Source of the DNA: a bacterium
GTDB lineage: Bacteria > Zhuqueibacterota > QNDG01 > CAYUAG01
Length of the DNA: 58,150 nt
Reading direction: 5' to 3'
Assembly (NCBI GenBank): GCA_046483025.1
Contig: JAWODZ010000187.1
Span: 1-58,150, forward strand
This document shows, piece after piece, positions 19,224 through 31,014 of this stretch. The position numbers were made by a program, and so were the translations under genes. How positions within the stretch are numbered: the stretch's first letter is position 1; the number at the start of each line of letters is the position of its first letter. The notes under the pieces are model-generated. The model ran no database searches. It was given only the letters and a program-made list of their open reading frames with translations, and was not told the origin of the DNA.

Positions 19224-20072
19224 TTACTTCCTTTCTGTTTCCTTGGGTTTTTTATTGGAATCACTCTTTTTTTCTGAAGCCTTAATAGTTTCTTTGTTAG
19301 CTGTTGGTTGATCTTCAGTGCCTTTTTTAATGGTTTCTTTGTTTTGGCTTTGTTCTTTTTCAGCTGTTTGTTTTTCTTCCTTCATCTTTAATTTGGTTTT
19401 TGCTTCTATTATTGTATCTGTAACTGTTCGTACTAACAGACTGATAGATTTAAACGCATCGTCATTTGCAGGAATAATATAATCTATGGGATCCGGATCA
19501 CAATTTGTATCGATAACACCAAATATTGGAATATCTAATTTGTTGGCTTCATTCACAGCTATATATTCATTATTTGTATCAACAATAAAAAGTGCTCCAG
19601 GTATCTTTTTTAACTCTTTTATTCCACCTAGAGTCTTCTCCAACTTTACCTTTTCTCTTTCAATCATCAAAACTTCTTTTTTAGTTAGTTTATCAAAGGT
19701 ACCATCAACTTCCATTTTTTCCAAATTTTTCAAATGTTTTATACTTTTCTTAATGTTTACATAATTTGTTAATGTACCTCCAAGCCATCTTTCATTAACA
19801 TAGGGCATTTCACAGCGTTCAGCCTCGACTTTTATAATATCTTTTGCCTGTTTCTTAGTACCAACAAATAAAATTTTCTCTCCATTTTCTACAATTTTTG
19901 CAATTTGCTTACAACTTTCTAATAGTAGATGTAAAGATTTATTAAGATCAATAATATGAATATTATTCTTTTTCATGAAAATGTATGGTTTCATTTTGGG
20001 ATTCCATCTTCTGGTTACATGACCAAAATGTGCACCAGACATAAGCAGTTGTTGTAATGTGATATCGGGCAT
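19224..20072 (-). CDS. rpsB: 30S ribosomal protein S2
   Basis: GAHFGH, WNPKM, FVGTKKQA, RWLGGTLTN, DTNCDPD and PANDD. Confidence 0.98.
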   Translation of the reverse strand: MPDITLQQLLMSGAHFGHVTRRWNPKMKPYIFMKKNNIHIIDLNKSLHLLLESCKQIAKIVENGEKILFVGTKKQAKDIIKVEAERCEMPYVNERWLGGTLTNYVNIKKSIKHLKNLEKMEVDGTFDKLTKKEVLMIEREKVKLEKTLGGIKELKKIPGALFIVDTNNEYIAVNEANKLDIPIFGVIDTNCDPDPIDYIIPANDDAFKSISLLVRTVTDTIIEAKTKLKMKEEKQTAEKEQSQNKETIKKGTEDQPTANKETIKASEKKSDSNKKPKETERK

Positions 20073-20093
20073 TTAAATCCTCCAAAAAAATTA

Positions 20094-20172
20094 GGGTTGA
20101 TCTTCCATTCTCATCTTTTTTTCAAACAATCAACAAAAAATTGACACCCATTTGAAAATTAGAGAATGTGTT
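20094..20172 (-). ncRNA. rpsB (S2/t44-type) autoregulatory leader RNA
   Basis: Minus strand ACAC-ATTCTC...GAGAAT-GGAAG outer stem, TTTTCAAA/TTTGAAAA inner stem, and GGGTG with a downstream complementary ACCC. Same layout as the known S2 leader, directly 5' of rpsB. Confidence 0.75.
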
Positions 20173-20198
20173 TATTTGTTTTAATCAATAAATATAAA

Positions 20199-20591
20199 TT
20201 AACGTTTCGAATACTGAAATTTTTTCCTTGCACCAGGTTGACCGTATTTTTTTCTTTCTTTCATTCTGGGGTCTCTGGTTAAAAAACCATTAGACTTTAA
20301 AGATGGACGAAATTCACTATTTACAGTAAGCAAAGCTCTGGATATCCCATGTACAATCGCACCTGTTTGTCCGGATAATCCTCCTCCTTTTGTTGTTGCA
20401 ACAACATCATATTGACCTTCTGTACTGGTTACTTGAAAAGGCTGTTTAATTAACATCTCCAAGGTATTTCGCTTAAAATAATCTAAAACTTCTCTTCCAT
20501 TGACAAAAATTTTACCTGAACCTGGTTTTAACCAAACTCGTGCAACTGATTCTTTTCTTCTTCCAGTAGCATAGTATCTTGATTCTTTCAT
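20199..20591 (-). CDS. rpsI: 30S ribosomal protein S9
   Basis: [30 protein letters not shown] and QYSKR. Confidence 0.98.
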   Translation of the reverse strand: MKESRYYATGRRKESVARVWLKPGSGKIFVNGREVLDYFKRNTLEMLIKQPFQVTSTEGQYDVVATTKGGGLSGQTGAIVHGISRALLTVNSEFRPSLKSNGFLTRDPRMKERKKYGQPGARKKFQYSKR

Positions 20592-21031
20592 ATTCTCCTC
20601 AAATTATTAGGTAAGTTTTCTGGCCTCTGAGCTTGATGGGGATGATCAGGACCAGTATATATATGAAGTTTTTTTATCATTTTCCGACCCAGAATATTCT
20701 TTGGCAGCATACCTTTAACAGCATGCTTAATTATGAATTCTGGTTTTTTTTCTTTCATATGACTGTAAGTAATATTCTTTAATCCCCCGGGATAACCTGA
20801 ATATCTTTTATAGCTTATATCAAACGACTTTTTACCGGTAACCTTAACCTTTTCAGCATTAATAATTATAACATTATCACCTAAATCAACATGCGGAGCA
20901 TACTCAGATTTATGTTTACCTTTAAGAATATGAGCTATCTGACTTGCTATACGACCTAAAATCTGATTGTTTGCATCAATAATAAACCATTTACGTTTAA
21001 CATCTTCTTTTTTTGGCATATATGTTTTCAC
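20588..21031 (-). CDS. rplM: 50S ribosomal protein L13
   Basis: GTG 21031 after GGAGG; WFIIDA, LGRIAS, GKHK, GYPGGLK and VKGMLP. Confidence 0.97.
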   Translation of the reverse strand: MKTYMPKKEDVKRKWFIIDANNQILGRIASQIAHILKGKHKSEYAPHVDLGDNVIIINAEKVKVTGKKSFDISYKRYSGYPGGLKNITYSHMKEKKPEFIIKHAVKGMLPKNILGRKMIKKLHIYTGPDHPHQAQRPENLPNNLRRI

Positions 21032-21065
21032 AATAACTAACCTCCAATGATATTTAAATTTTCTT

Positions 21066-21094
21066 AATATAAGGATATTAAAAATTTTTGTCAA
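21066..21094 (-). promoter_or_regulatory. Sigma70-type promoter of the rplM-rpsI-rpsB-tsf-pyrH-frr run
   Basis: Minus strand TTGACA, 17 bp spacer, TATATT. Confidence 0.7.
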
Positions 21095-21174
21095 GAAAAT
21101 TATTTGTTGTTACATTTTGCTGTGCAGCAATAAAAATTTGCATTGTCCTATAAGTGATACATCTGAAAAACAGC

Positions 21175-21972
21175 TTAAATACGATAGATCAAAGAAGCCA
21201 GAGTATGTTTTCTGTCTCCAATGCCACGTTCCAGTTCCAAACATAAATCACCAGAAAAACTTATCATCACTCCAGCCATTGAATTCCAGGCACTTTTTTG
21301 CTGTAAAGTAACATCATATTGAACATCAATTGAATTAAATAGGCTTAGAGAGCCACTGTGCTGTTCTTCGGTTTTCTGATACATAGCACCTAACCAAATA
21401 TTTAAATCCTTTATAATTTTCCATCCATTCATAACCAATCCTACTTTAGGAGTAAAAATCCAGGCTTTAGCGGAAGACTCACTGTTATCCAGTCTGGTAT
21501 TGGAAAACGCAGCTGTCAGAGAAATAAAATAGGGTTCATATCCACCCGCCATGGTAACGCCACTTCCGTAGATAATACCTTTATAATTCATTTGTATCTG
21601 CTGATCAAGTAATTCATAATCAACTATAGTTTCACCGTTGATTTCTCCCAGTAGTCCAAAAACATTAACAAAAGGAAGTACCCACAGATCTACTTTAAAG
21701 TTTCTTTCTGTAATTTGATTGTTAATGTCCAGATCCTGAGGAATAACAGTATCTAAATTTAAATCTGACACATAAAAAGATGATTCTGAAAAGTTAAAGG
21801 TCTGATCCTGGGTATATACATTTAATCCAAACCCAAAAGGAGAAGGCAGCTCTTTACCCTTGGCAAGGGATTTCCAGAGAGGAAATATTCCCCCTGAATC
21901 CTGAGAAAAGCAAAAATTAGTGATAAAAACAAAACTTAACAGCAAAACTATCAGATAATAAAATATCTTCAT
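21175..21972 (-). CDS. Putative outer-membrane beta-barrel protein
   Basis: Signal peptide; LPSPFG and KVDLWVLPFVNVFG; alternating amphipathic strands; ends ASLIYRI. Confidence 0.6.
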   Translation of the reverse strand: MKIFYYLIVLLLSFVFITNFCFSQDSGGIFPLWKSLAKGKELPSPFGFGLNVYTQDQTFNFSESSFYVSDLNLDTVIPQDLDINNQITERNFKVDLWVLPFVNVFGLLGEINGETIVDYELLDQQIQMNYKGIIYGSGVTMAGGYEPYFISLTAAFSNTRLDNSESSAKAWIFTPKVGLVMNGWKIIKDLNIWLGAMYQKTEEQHSGSLSLFNSIDVQYDVTLQQKSAWNSMAGVMISFSGDLCLELERGIGDRKHTLASLIYRI

Positions 21973-22248
21973 ATTTTTTACTCTCCCCTTTTTTACTATT
22001 TTTAGGATAAAATATTAATCACCGAGATATTTTTTAATTGTCAGGTTTTTTATATCTTATGTTTTCAAATAAAATATACGATTTTTTTTTGATTTTTAAA
22101 AGAGAAAATAGTCAAAACAAATGTATCCCCGCCACAGGCTGCTATTAGTATAATAATCAAAATAATTTTTTGTCTTTATATTTCCTTGATTCATTTGTTT
22201 TATGAATAAATCTTGCTCTATTTACTGTTCAAAATCAAGTATAATACC

Positions 22249-23724
<1,476 letters not shown>

Positions 23725-23735
23725 TTAATTTTATT

Positions 23736-26609
23736 TTAAAACCATGCTTTTAATTTTTGCTGTAATAAATCTTCTTTTTTACAAATGACTGGTTCTACCG
23801 GAAATGAATGAGTAAAAAAACTGCCATATCTGGTTTTTATCAACCGCTGATCTAACAGTAGAACCACACCCCGATCACCGGTTGAACGAATTAATCGGCC
23901 TATTCCCTGACGTAATCGAATCACTGCTTCCGGCACCGCATAATTGACAAATCCATTTCCCGATTCCTGATTAACTCTTTCCATCCTTGCCTGAAATACT
24001 GGTTCGGTTGGAACCTGAAACGGAATTTTTGTTATCACCAACATTTCTAAAGCAGTTCCAGGTATATCCACTCCTTCCCAGAAACTGTTGGTACCGAATA
24101 GAATTGAATTTCGGTTATCTTTAAAAATCTTAAGCAAAGTTGATCGAGAACCATCAATCCCCTGACCCAATAATAAAATATTTTTTGCATTAAATATAGG
24201 AACGAGTGAACGGTATACATCTTTTAGCATTTTATAAGAGGTAAATAAAACCATTGTTCCGTATGAACTGTTTTCTAAAGTATTTATCAAAAGATTTGAA
24301 ACATCTGTAATAAAATTACCATCCCGGGGATCAGGTAAATAAGAAGGAATTATAAACATACTCTGCTCAGAATAGTTGAAGGGGGAACCGAAAAACTCCG
24401 AGTGAATCCTCTCCGGATCAAAATCTGCCAGGCCAGCTCTTTTGATAAAATAATCAAAACTGTTATTAACTCTTAAGGTAGCAGATGTCAATACACCCCG
24501 TTTAAGATGAGAAAATAACCTGGTTTCCAAAATACCTGAAATATCAAGGGGTACTGAATATATGGATATTTCTCGTTTTTTTCTGCTTTTTGTCAATACC
24601 GACCATATTATATTTTCCTTATAGTCACCTTTAATAAAATGATCTACTAATTTTTCTAGTTCCTCCAGTTGGTTTACAACAGACTCCAGTTCTCTTAACC
24701 ATCGATAATATTCCTTCTCCGACTTACAGGCCATATCCTTTAAAAGCTTATTGAAGTGCATAGATTCTTTATTTAAATGTTTGACTTCAAGAAGTATTTC
24801 TTTAGCATCTAACTCCAAATCACCAAACAGTTTGTTTTTTGAGGTATAACGTAGTTGGGGATATTGATTATCAGAAGGAATGGATGGGAAATTTTTGTCT
24901 TTTAATTTCTTAAAGAAGTCAGTAGAATGTTTGTGTAATTCTTGTACTTTATGTATTATGTCTTTTAATATACGCTCTAATGTTAATTGATCTTTATTAT
25001 GCTGAATTACCTTTTTTAAATTTTTTTGGATAAAATAAAAAAGTCCGGTCTTACGGGGAGACTCCTGATACATTAATCTGAGAATTTCATTGAATTTCCA
25101 TACATTTAACTCCAGTTTGAAAGATCTGGTAGCTGAAGATTCGATATTATGGGCTTCATCGATGATAAGTGAATCATAAAATTTCAGTATAGTATTACCT
25201 GCCGATATATCTGAAAAAAGCAGGGAATGATTTACCACTATAATATCAGCATATTGGGAAATTTTCCTCACTCTGTTCATAAAACAGGTGGATTCAAATA
25301 TACAATTCCTTCCTGTACAATTACTCTTTTCGCAATTCAAGTGTCTCCAGATATTGCTATTTCTCTTTCGTGAAAATCCGGAATTCTCTTCAATATCACC
25401 GGTAATGGTTTTTTGATTCCAGATAATCAGGGGAAGAATGTGTTTTCTTTCTTTTTTGGACAATTTCTCCGGATGTCCGATTAAATCCTCCCAGGCTCTT
25501 TGACAGAGATAATTTCCTCTCCCCTTTAATAAAATTGCTAAAAACTGTAAAGAAGGAATCTTTTGTAACAGGGGGAGTTCATTGGAAAACAGCTGATCCT
25601 GTAAATTTTTCGTATTGGTCGAGACGACAACTTTACTCTGATGATTTTCTTTAACCCAAAGCAGGGCGGGAATTAAATAGGCCATGGATTTACCTATCCC
25701 GGTCCCGGCTTCGGCAAGTAAAAATCCGTTTTGATTAAAGACCTTTCTTACCGAATCAGCCATCTCATGCTGCTGTTTTCTGTATTCATAATTTTGCAGA
25801 TGATCTTTTAAAAACCCCTGAGAGCCGAAAAAATCCTCAAGGGTTTCTGATGATATCTTTTTACTTTTTTCCTGCTCGGTTTTTTCCCTTACCCTGCCAA
25901 TTATATTATCCTGACCTTTTCTGTGAATAATTTTACGCTCTGAACCCGATTTCTGTAAATAAGAATACAGTTTGCTAAAAAAAATTTCAATCCCAAAGTT
26001 CGTATTCCTTAATACATTACGGCAGATTCTGACAATATCCTTATCTAGTTCCAAACTCAGTTCCAGCAACTTGATGAAAACCAATCCACAGGTTTTTGCA
26101 TCTGATAGGGCCCTGTGTGCGGAATCAGTATCAACTGAAAAATACTCCGAGAGAGTTGCAAGTTTATGATTATGGAGGTGATATAAAAAAAACCGGGATA
26201 AATCAAGAGAATCAAGTATTCTTTCCGGGTGAATTTTTGCTTTTTCAAAAGTATACTTTTTTAATGCATAGTTTAGAAATCCTATATCAAAATCAGCATT
26301 ATGAGCCACAACAAAACCATTTCCCATGAAATTAATAATTTCTGAAATTTTATCCTTAAGCAAAGGCTGTCCACAACAGTCCTGGTTTGTAATTCCGGTT
26401 AGCTTAGTAATATAGTCCGGGATTGTTATTTCAGGATCAAAAACTTGATCATAAGTTTCAGTTACTGTACCATTTTCTATTCTGATCATTCCTATTTCAA
26501 TTATTTCGTCTTTATCTGATGATAACCCGGTGGTTTCGATATCAAATACCACAAAATGTTCAAGAGATAGTTGTTTATATATTTTCGAATTCATATTCAT
26601 GTTAAACAT
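23736..26609 (-). CDS. dinG: DnaQ-like 3'-5' exonuclease fused to DinG-family helicase
   Basis: DIETTG, AHNADFD and HRALSDA (DEDDh); EAGTGIGKS, KGRGNYLC, Fe-S cysteines, IIDEAH, FWEGVD and QGIGRLIR. True start may be ATG 26600 or 26594. Confidence 0.92.
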   Translation of the reverse strand: MFNMNMNSKIYKQLSLEHFVVFDIETTGLSSDKDEIIEIGMIRIENGTVTETYDQVFDPEITIPDYITKLTGITNQDCCGQPLLKDKISEIINFMGNGFVVAHNADFDIGFLNYALKKYTFEKAKIHPERILDSLDLSRFFLYHLHNHKLATLSEYFSVDTDSAHRALSDAKTCGLVFIKLLELSLELDKDIVRICRNVLRNTNFGIEIFFSKLYSYLQKSGSERKIIHRKGQDNIIGRVREKTEQEKSKKISSETLEDFFGSQGFLKDHLQNYEYRKQQHEMADSVRKVFNQNGFLLAEAGTGIGKSMAYLIPALLWVKENHQSKVVVSTNTKNLQDQLFSNELPLLQKIPSLQFLAILLKGRGNYLCQRAWEDLIGHPEKLSKKERKHILPLIIWNQKTITGDIEENSGFSRKRNSNIWRHLNCEKSNCTGRNCIFESTCFMNRVRKISQYADIIVVNHSLLFSDISAGNTILKFYDSLIIDEAHNIESSATRSFKLELNVWKFNEILRLMYQESPRKTGLFYFIQKNLKKVIQHNKDQLTLERILKDIIHKVQELHKHSTDFFKKLKDKNFPSIPSDNQYPQLRYTSKNKLFGDLELDAKEILLEVKHLNKESMHFNKLLKDMACKSEKEYYRWLRELESVVNQLEELEKLVDHFIKGDYKENIIWSVLTKSRKKREISIYSVPLDISGILETRLFSHLKRGVLTSATLRVNNSFDYFIKRAGLADFDPERIHSEFFGSPFNYSEQSMFIIPSYLPDPRDGNFITDVSNLLINTLENSSYGTMVLFTSYKMLKDVYRSLVPIFNAKNILLLGQGIDGSRSTLLKIFKDNRNSILFGTNSFWEGVDIPGTALEMLVITKIPFQVPTEPVFQARMERVNQESGNGFVNYAVPEAVIRLRQGIGRLIRSTGDRGVVLLLDQRLIKTRYGSFFTHSFPVEPVICKKEDLLQQKLKAWF

Positions 26610-26747
26610 ATAATAAATAAATTTTACAAAATAATCAAATGTTATTATTAGAACTATTTTAAAAATAGTTACTAGTAATAAAAAAAGTAAAAAAATATTA
26701 TGATAGTAATATAAGTAATCCTAATAATAAACTTAAATTTTTTTTAA

Positions 26748-26776
26748 TTGACATATATTTTAAAAATATGTAGTTT
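26748..26776 (+). promoter_or_regulatory. Sigma70-type promoter of the Fe-S flavoprotein operon
   Basis: TTGACA, 17 bp spacer, TAGTTT. Confidence 0.55.
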
Positions 26777-26876
26777 ATTAAATCATGGTTTTATTTAAAC
26801 ATAATTTAATTTTTAATCAACTGATATGTAAACGTTATAAAATAGTATTGTTTTTCTGATAAAACATCCAATTTTC

Positions 26877-26915
26877 TAAAAGGCAGTAAATTAAATTTAC
26901 TGCCTTTTAATTTTT
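26877..26915 (+). terminator. Terminator-like hairpin in the 5' leader of the operon (possible attenuator)
   Basis: TAAAAGGCAGTAAAT-TAA-ATTTACTGCCTTTTA followed by ATTTTT, just before the AGGAG RBS; no co-directional gene upstream. Confidence 0.55.
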
Positions 26916-26935
26916 ATGAATAAGTAGGAGCAACT

Positions 26936-27793
26936 ATGGCTTATAATATGATTGAAGATGTTGAAACAATTATAGAAAAACGAAAAAATCAGCCCGGAGA
27001 ATTAATTGCGATTCTTCAGGATATACAAAGACAAAATGGCTATCTTCCTGAAAGCATATTGAAACAACTTGCTGAAAAAACTAATCATTCTCTCGTTGAT
27101 ATTTATGGGGTGGCCACTTTTTACAAATCCTTTTACCTTAAACCCAGAGGGAAACATCTTATATCTGTCTGCCTGGGTACAGCCTGTCATGTTCGAGGTG
27201 CTCCCGGTATAGCTGAAGAATTCCAAAACCAACTTGGAATAAATCCTGGAGAAACAACCTCTGACAAAAAATTTTCACTGGAAACTGTAAACTGTCTTGG
27301 AGCTTGTGCACTTGGTCCAATCGTGGTTGCCAATGGTCATTACTTTTCCAATGTTACTAAAACAAAAGTAAAACAAATTATCAACAAAATTATTAAGGGA
27401 TTAGACAAAGTTGACATCCAAAAGGATCAGAGAATTTTTACGGTTAAAGTTAAATGCCCTCGTTGCAACCATAGTCTTATGGATCCAAATCATAAAATCG
27501 ACGGGTATCCTTCCATACGAATAACCATCTCCTTTGGCAATAAACACGGTTCTCTTTGGCTATCCTCTCTTTATGGTAGTTATAATATTGAATCTGAACA
27601 TAAAACTCCCATGGGTACAATAATTCACAGCTTCTGTCCCCATTGCCATGCAGAACTTATCAGTGCTTCCAACTGTACTGAATGTGGTGCTCCTATGGTC
27701 CCCATGGCTGTCAGTGAAGGAGCTATGGTTCAGATTTGTTCTCGCCGGGGATGTAAATCACACATGCTCGATTTGAATGGAGTAAACTTTTAG
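26936..27793 (+). CDS. NuoE/HydC-like [2Fe-2S] subunit with Cys-rich C-terminal extension
   Basis: LQDIQ, GYLP, GVATFY, VCLGTACHVRG and NCLGACALGP; extra CPRC, CPHC, CTEC and CSRRGC. Confidence 0.9.
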   Translation: MAYNMIEDVETIIEKRKNQPGELIAILQDIQRQNGYLPESILKQLAEKTNHSLVDIYGVATFYKSFYLKPRGKHLISVCLGTACHVRGAPGIAEEFQNQLGINPGETTSDKKFSLETVNCLGACALGPIVVANGHYFSNVTKTKVKQIINKIIKGLDKVDIQKDQRIFTVKVKCPRCNHSLMDPNHKIDGYPSIRITISFGNKHGSLWLSSLYGSYNIESEHKTPMGTIIHSFCPHCHAELISASNCTECGAPMVPMAVSEGAMVQICSRRGCKSHMLDLNGVNF

Positions 27794-27831
27794 TTAGTAT
27801 ATAAATAATAATTAAAGGAATAAAACATCCA

Positions 27832-30800
27832 ATGAAGAGACTTAACTCAATAAATGAATTTAAGGAACTTCACAATCTTATTATTAGTGACAGAGATTCT
27901 AACATACCCACAATTGTGATATCTGCCGGAACCTGCGGACAAGCAAGTGGAGCCAATGACCTTATTCGAATTACCAAACGTGAACTGTTGGCAAAAAATT
28001 TAACAGATAAAATCAATCTTCTTATTACCGGGTGTCACGGTTTCTGTGAAATGGAGCCTTCCATATTAGTCGAGCCTTACAGGACCTTCTATCCTAAAGT
28101 GGATATCCCCAATATGATCCGAATAATTGATGCAATTGATAAAGGAAAGGTTCTGGATGATTTACTTTTTCTAGATCAGGAAACTGGAGATAAGATAGAA
28201 AAGCAGGACGATATTAATTTCTTTAAAAAACAAATTCGTACCATTCTTGGACGGAATGAAAAAGTAGATCCTATCAGAATTTATAATTATATCGAACATG
28301 ATGGATACTCTGCTCTTATTAAGGTACTGTCAAACAGAAGTCAAAAACAAATAATTGATGATGTGAAAACTTCTGGTCTTCGTGGAAGAGGTGGTGCAGG
28401 ATTTCCTACCGGGATGAAATGGGAAATGCTTGCCAATCAAGTTCATGGCCGTGATAAATATCTGGTGTGTAATGCAGATGAAGGTGATCCCGGGGCCTAT
28501 ATGGACAGAAGTGTACTTGAAGGTAATCCCCACAGTATCATTGAAGGAATGATAATCGGTGCATATGGAACAGGTGCAACAGAAGGTATTATTTATGTTC
28601 GTCATGAATATCCTCTTGCCATTAAACATCTTGTCATTGCTCTCCAACAGGCACGTAATCTCGGACTACTTGGAAATAATATTTTAGGCACAAATTTTTC
28701 TTTTGATATCAAATTATCCAGAGGAGCTGGTGCGTTTGTATGTGGTGAAGAAACTGCCTTGATACGATCAATTGAAGGGAAAATGGGTGAACCCCGTCAA
28801 AGACCTCCTTACCCCATACAAAAAGGAATTAATGGTCAACCAACTGCCATTAATAATGTTGAAACCTGGGCCAATATACCAGTAATCATATTAAAAGGGT
28901 CTAAAAAATTTGCAGAAATTGGCACAAAAAATAATTCCGGCACAAAGATATTCAGTCTGGTGGGGAAAATAAAAAATACTGGATTGGTTGAAGTACCTAT
29001 GGGTATGGCCATTAAAGAAATTATTTATGACATAGGTGGAGGACCTGTAGGTAATGCACACATTAAAGCAGTACAAACAGGTGGCCCCTCCGGAGGGTGT
29101 ATCCCGGCAAATAAATTTGATCTTTCCATTGATTATGACAGTCTTACCAAGGCAGGTTCAATCATGGGCTCCGGTGGTATGATTGTCATGGATGAAAATA
29201 CCTGTATGGTTGATGTGGCAAAATATTTTATGAATTTCTTGAAAGATGAATCCTGCGGAAAATGCTTTACCTGCAGAAAAGGTACTCAACGCATGTATGA
29301 AATTCTTGACGATATTACCAAAGGATTTGGTACTGTAGAAAAAATCAATCTGCTTAAAGAACTCGCTCAAACAGTTAAAGATACCACCATGTGCGGATTA
29401 GGTCAAACCGCTGCAAATCCGGTTCTTTCCACCTTACGATACTTTTATGAGGAATATATTGAACATATCGAGAAACATCAGTGTGCTGCTGGTGTATGTA
29501 AATATCTGGTTGGCGCACCTTGTCAGTCAACCTGTCCTCTCGGTACGGAAGCCTGGCGATATATTGCCCATATAGCCCGTGGTGAATATCAAAAAGCCTA
29601 CCACACTATCCGGGAAGCCAATCCCTTTCCCTCAGTGTGCGCCAGGGTTTGCAGTCATCCCTGTGAGGACAGATGTAAAGCCGGAGTAATAGGTGGAGAT
29701 CCCATTGCCATTCGTGCACTTAAACGTTTTGTTACAGATCGGATCGATCCGGAAATATATAAACCGGTAAGAATGTCTATCGCAGGAAAAAATATACCAA
29801 AAATTGCTGTTATCGGATCTGGTCCAGCTGGTTTAACAGCTGCACACTATCTTTCTCTCAAAGGATACAAAGTTACTGTTTTTGAAGCAGAAAAAGAATG
29901 CGGCGGAATGATGTTAAGTGCAATACCTGCCTATCGGCTTCCCCGTGAAGTCATCGAAAAAGAAATTTCATCTATCCTTGATAAAAACATAACAGTAAAA
30001 ACAAGTACTGTGTTAGGGAAAGATATTACCATAGAAAGTCTTTTTAAAAAGGGATTCAAAGCAGTTTTTCTGGCCTTGGGAGCGCATAAAAGCCGACGTT
30101 TAAACATAGAAGGTGAAGAAGCAAACGGAGTATTTCCCTCCATTCAATATCTTCGATCTTTCAACCTGGAAGGTAAGCAACAGGCAAAAGGTCGGGTAGG
30201 AGTCATTGGTGGAGGAAACTCTGCCATTGACGCGGCTCGGGTAGCACTTCGACAAAAGGATGTGGAAAGTGTTACTGTTTTTTACAGACGTACATCAAAA
30301 GAAATGCCAGCATATGAGGAGGAAATTCAAGCTGCCATTCAAGAAGGTGTAAAATCAGAAACACTGGTATCACCGGTAAAAATCAGTTCTAAGAATGGAC
30401 ATGTGGCAGGTATCAAACTCATTAGAAATAAATTAGGGGAAGTTGATGAAAGTGGCCGGCGCAGACCTATGCCGATATCCGGAACTGAATTTACCGTAGA
30501 GCTGGATTCATTGATCGTGGCAATAAGTGAAGGATCGGATGTTGATTGTGTTGCAGTGGCTAGTTCAATGCAGATAAAAACCACCAATTGGGATACAATT
30601 GAAGCAGATAAAGATACTCTCTGTACAAACCAGCCTGGTGTCTTTGCAGGAGGAGATGTTGTCAGAGGACCCAATACGGTTGTGGATGCCATTGCAGATG
30701 GAAAACGAGCTGCCGTGATGATAGATCGTTATATTAAAGATGAGGACTTGAAGAAACCTCTGAAACCATCCTTACCAGAAAAATATATTGAACCTGCCCC

Positions 30801-31014
30801 AGAATGTGAACATAAAACTGAAATCGATTTAACCAAAAGAGTGAATACACCAAGAGCTTCCGTGGAATGGCGTAAGCGAGGTTTTGCTGAAGTTGAGATG
30901 GCGTTGACCATAGAGGAAGCTTCACGAGAAGCGTGCCGATGTTTGCGATGTGACCTTGAATTTACCCAACCTGAGGAAAATATAAATAAAAAAACTGCAG
31001 GAGGAAAATCCTAA
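27832..31014 (+). CDS. NuoF/HydB-like FMN/NADH subunit fused to a GltD/NfnB-like FAD/NADPH domain
   Basis: N-terminal thioredoxin-like Fe-S domain; SGLRGRGGAGFPTG, NADEGDPGAYMDR, GAFVCGEETAL and ESCGKCFTCR..C; then PCQSTCP, CARVCSHPCEDRC, GSGPAG, GGGNSAID, YRR and FAGGD. Confidence 0.9.
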   Translation: MKRLNSINEFKELHNLIISDRDSNIPTIVISAGTCGQASGANDLIRITKRELLAKNLTDKINLLITGCHGFCEMEPSILVEPYRTFYPKVDIPNMIRIIDAIDKGKVLDDLLFLDQETGDKIEKQDDINFFKKQIRTILGRNEKVDPIRIYNYIEHDGYSALIKVLSNRSQKQIIDDVKTSGLRGRGGAGFPTGMKWEMLANQVHGRDKYLVCNADEGDPGAYMDRSVLEGNPHSIIEGMIIGAYGTGATEGIIYVRHEYPLAIKHLVIALQQARNLGLLGNNILGTNFSFDIKLSRGAGAFVCGEETALIRSIEGKMGEPRQRPPYPIQKGINGQPTAINNVETWANIPVIILKGSKKFAEIGTKNNSGTKIFSLVGKIKNTGLVEVPMGMAIKEIIYDIGGGPVGNAHIKAVQTGGPSGGCIPANKFDLSIDYDSLTKAGSIMGSGGMIVMDENTCMVDVAKYFMNFLKDESCGKCFTCRKGTQRMYEILDDITKGFGTVEKINLLKELAQTVKDTTMCGLGQTAANPVLSTLRYFYEEYIEHIEKHQCAAGVCKYLVGAPCQSTCPLGTEAWRYIAHIARGEYQKAYHTIREANPFPSVCARVCSHPCEDRCKAGVIGGDPIAIRALKRFVTDRIDPEIYKPVRMSIAGKNIPKIAVIGSGPAGLTAAHYLSLKGYKVTVFEAEKECGGMMLSAIPAYRLPREVIEKEISSILDKNITVKTSTVLGKDITIESLFKKGFKAVFLALGAHKSRRLNIEGEEANGVFPSIQYLRSFNLEGKQQAKGRVGVIGGGNSAIDAARVALRQKDVESVTVFYRRTSKEMPAYEEEIQAAIQEGVKSETLVSPVKISSKNGHVAGIKLIRNKLGEVDESGRRRPMPISGTEFTVELDSLIVAISEGSDVDCVAVASSMQIKTTNWDTIEADKDTLCTNQPGVFAGGDVVRGPNTVVDAIADGKRAAVMIDRYIKDEDLKKPLKPSLPEKYIEPAPECEHKTEIDLTKRVNTPRASVEWRKRGFAEVEMALTIEEASREACRCLRCDLEFTQPEENINKKTAGGKS

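Noticed and set aside
19275-19350. NKETIK repeated twice in the S2 tail
   Set aside because: Low-complexity S2 C-terminal tails are common and variable.
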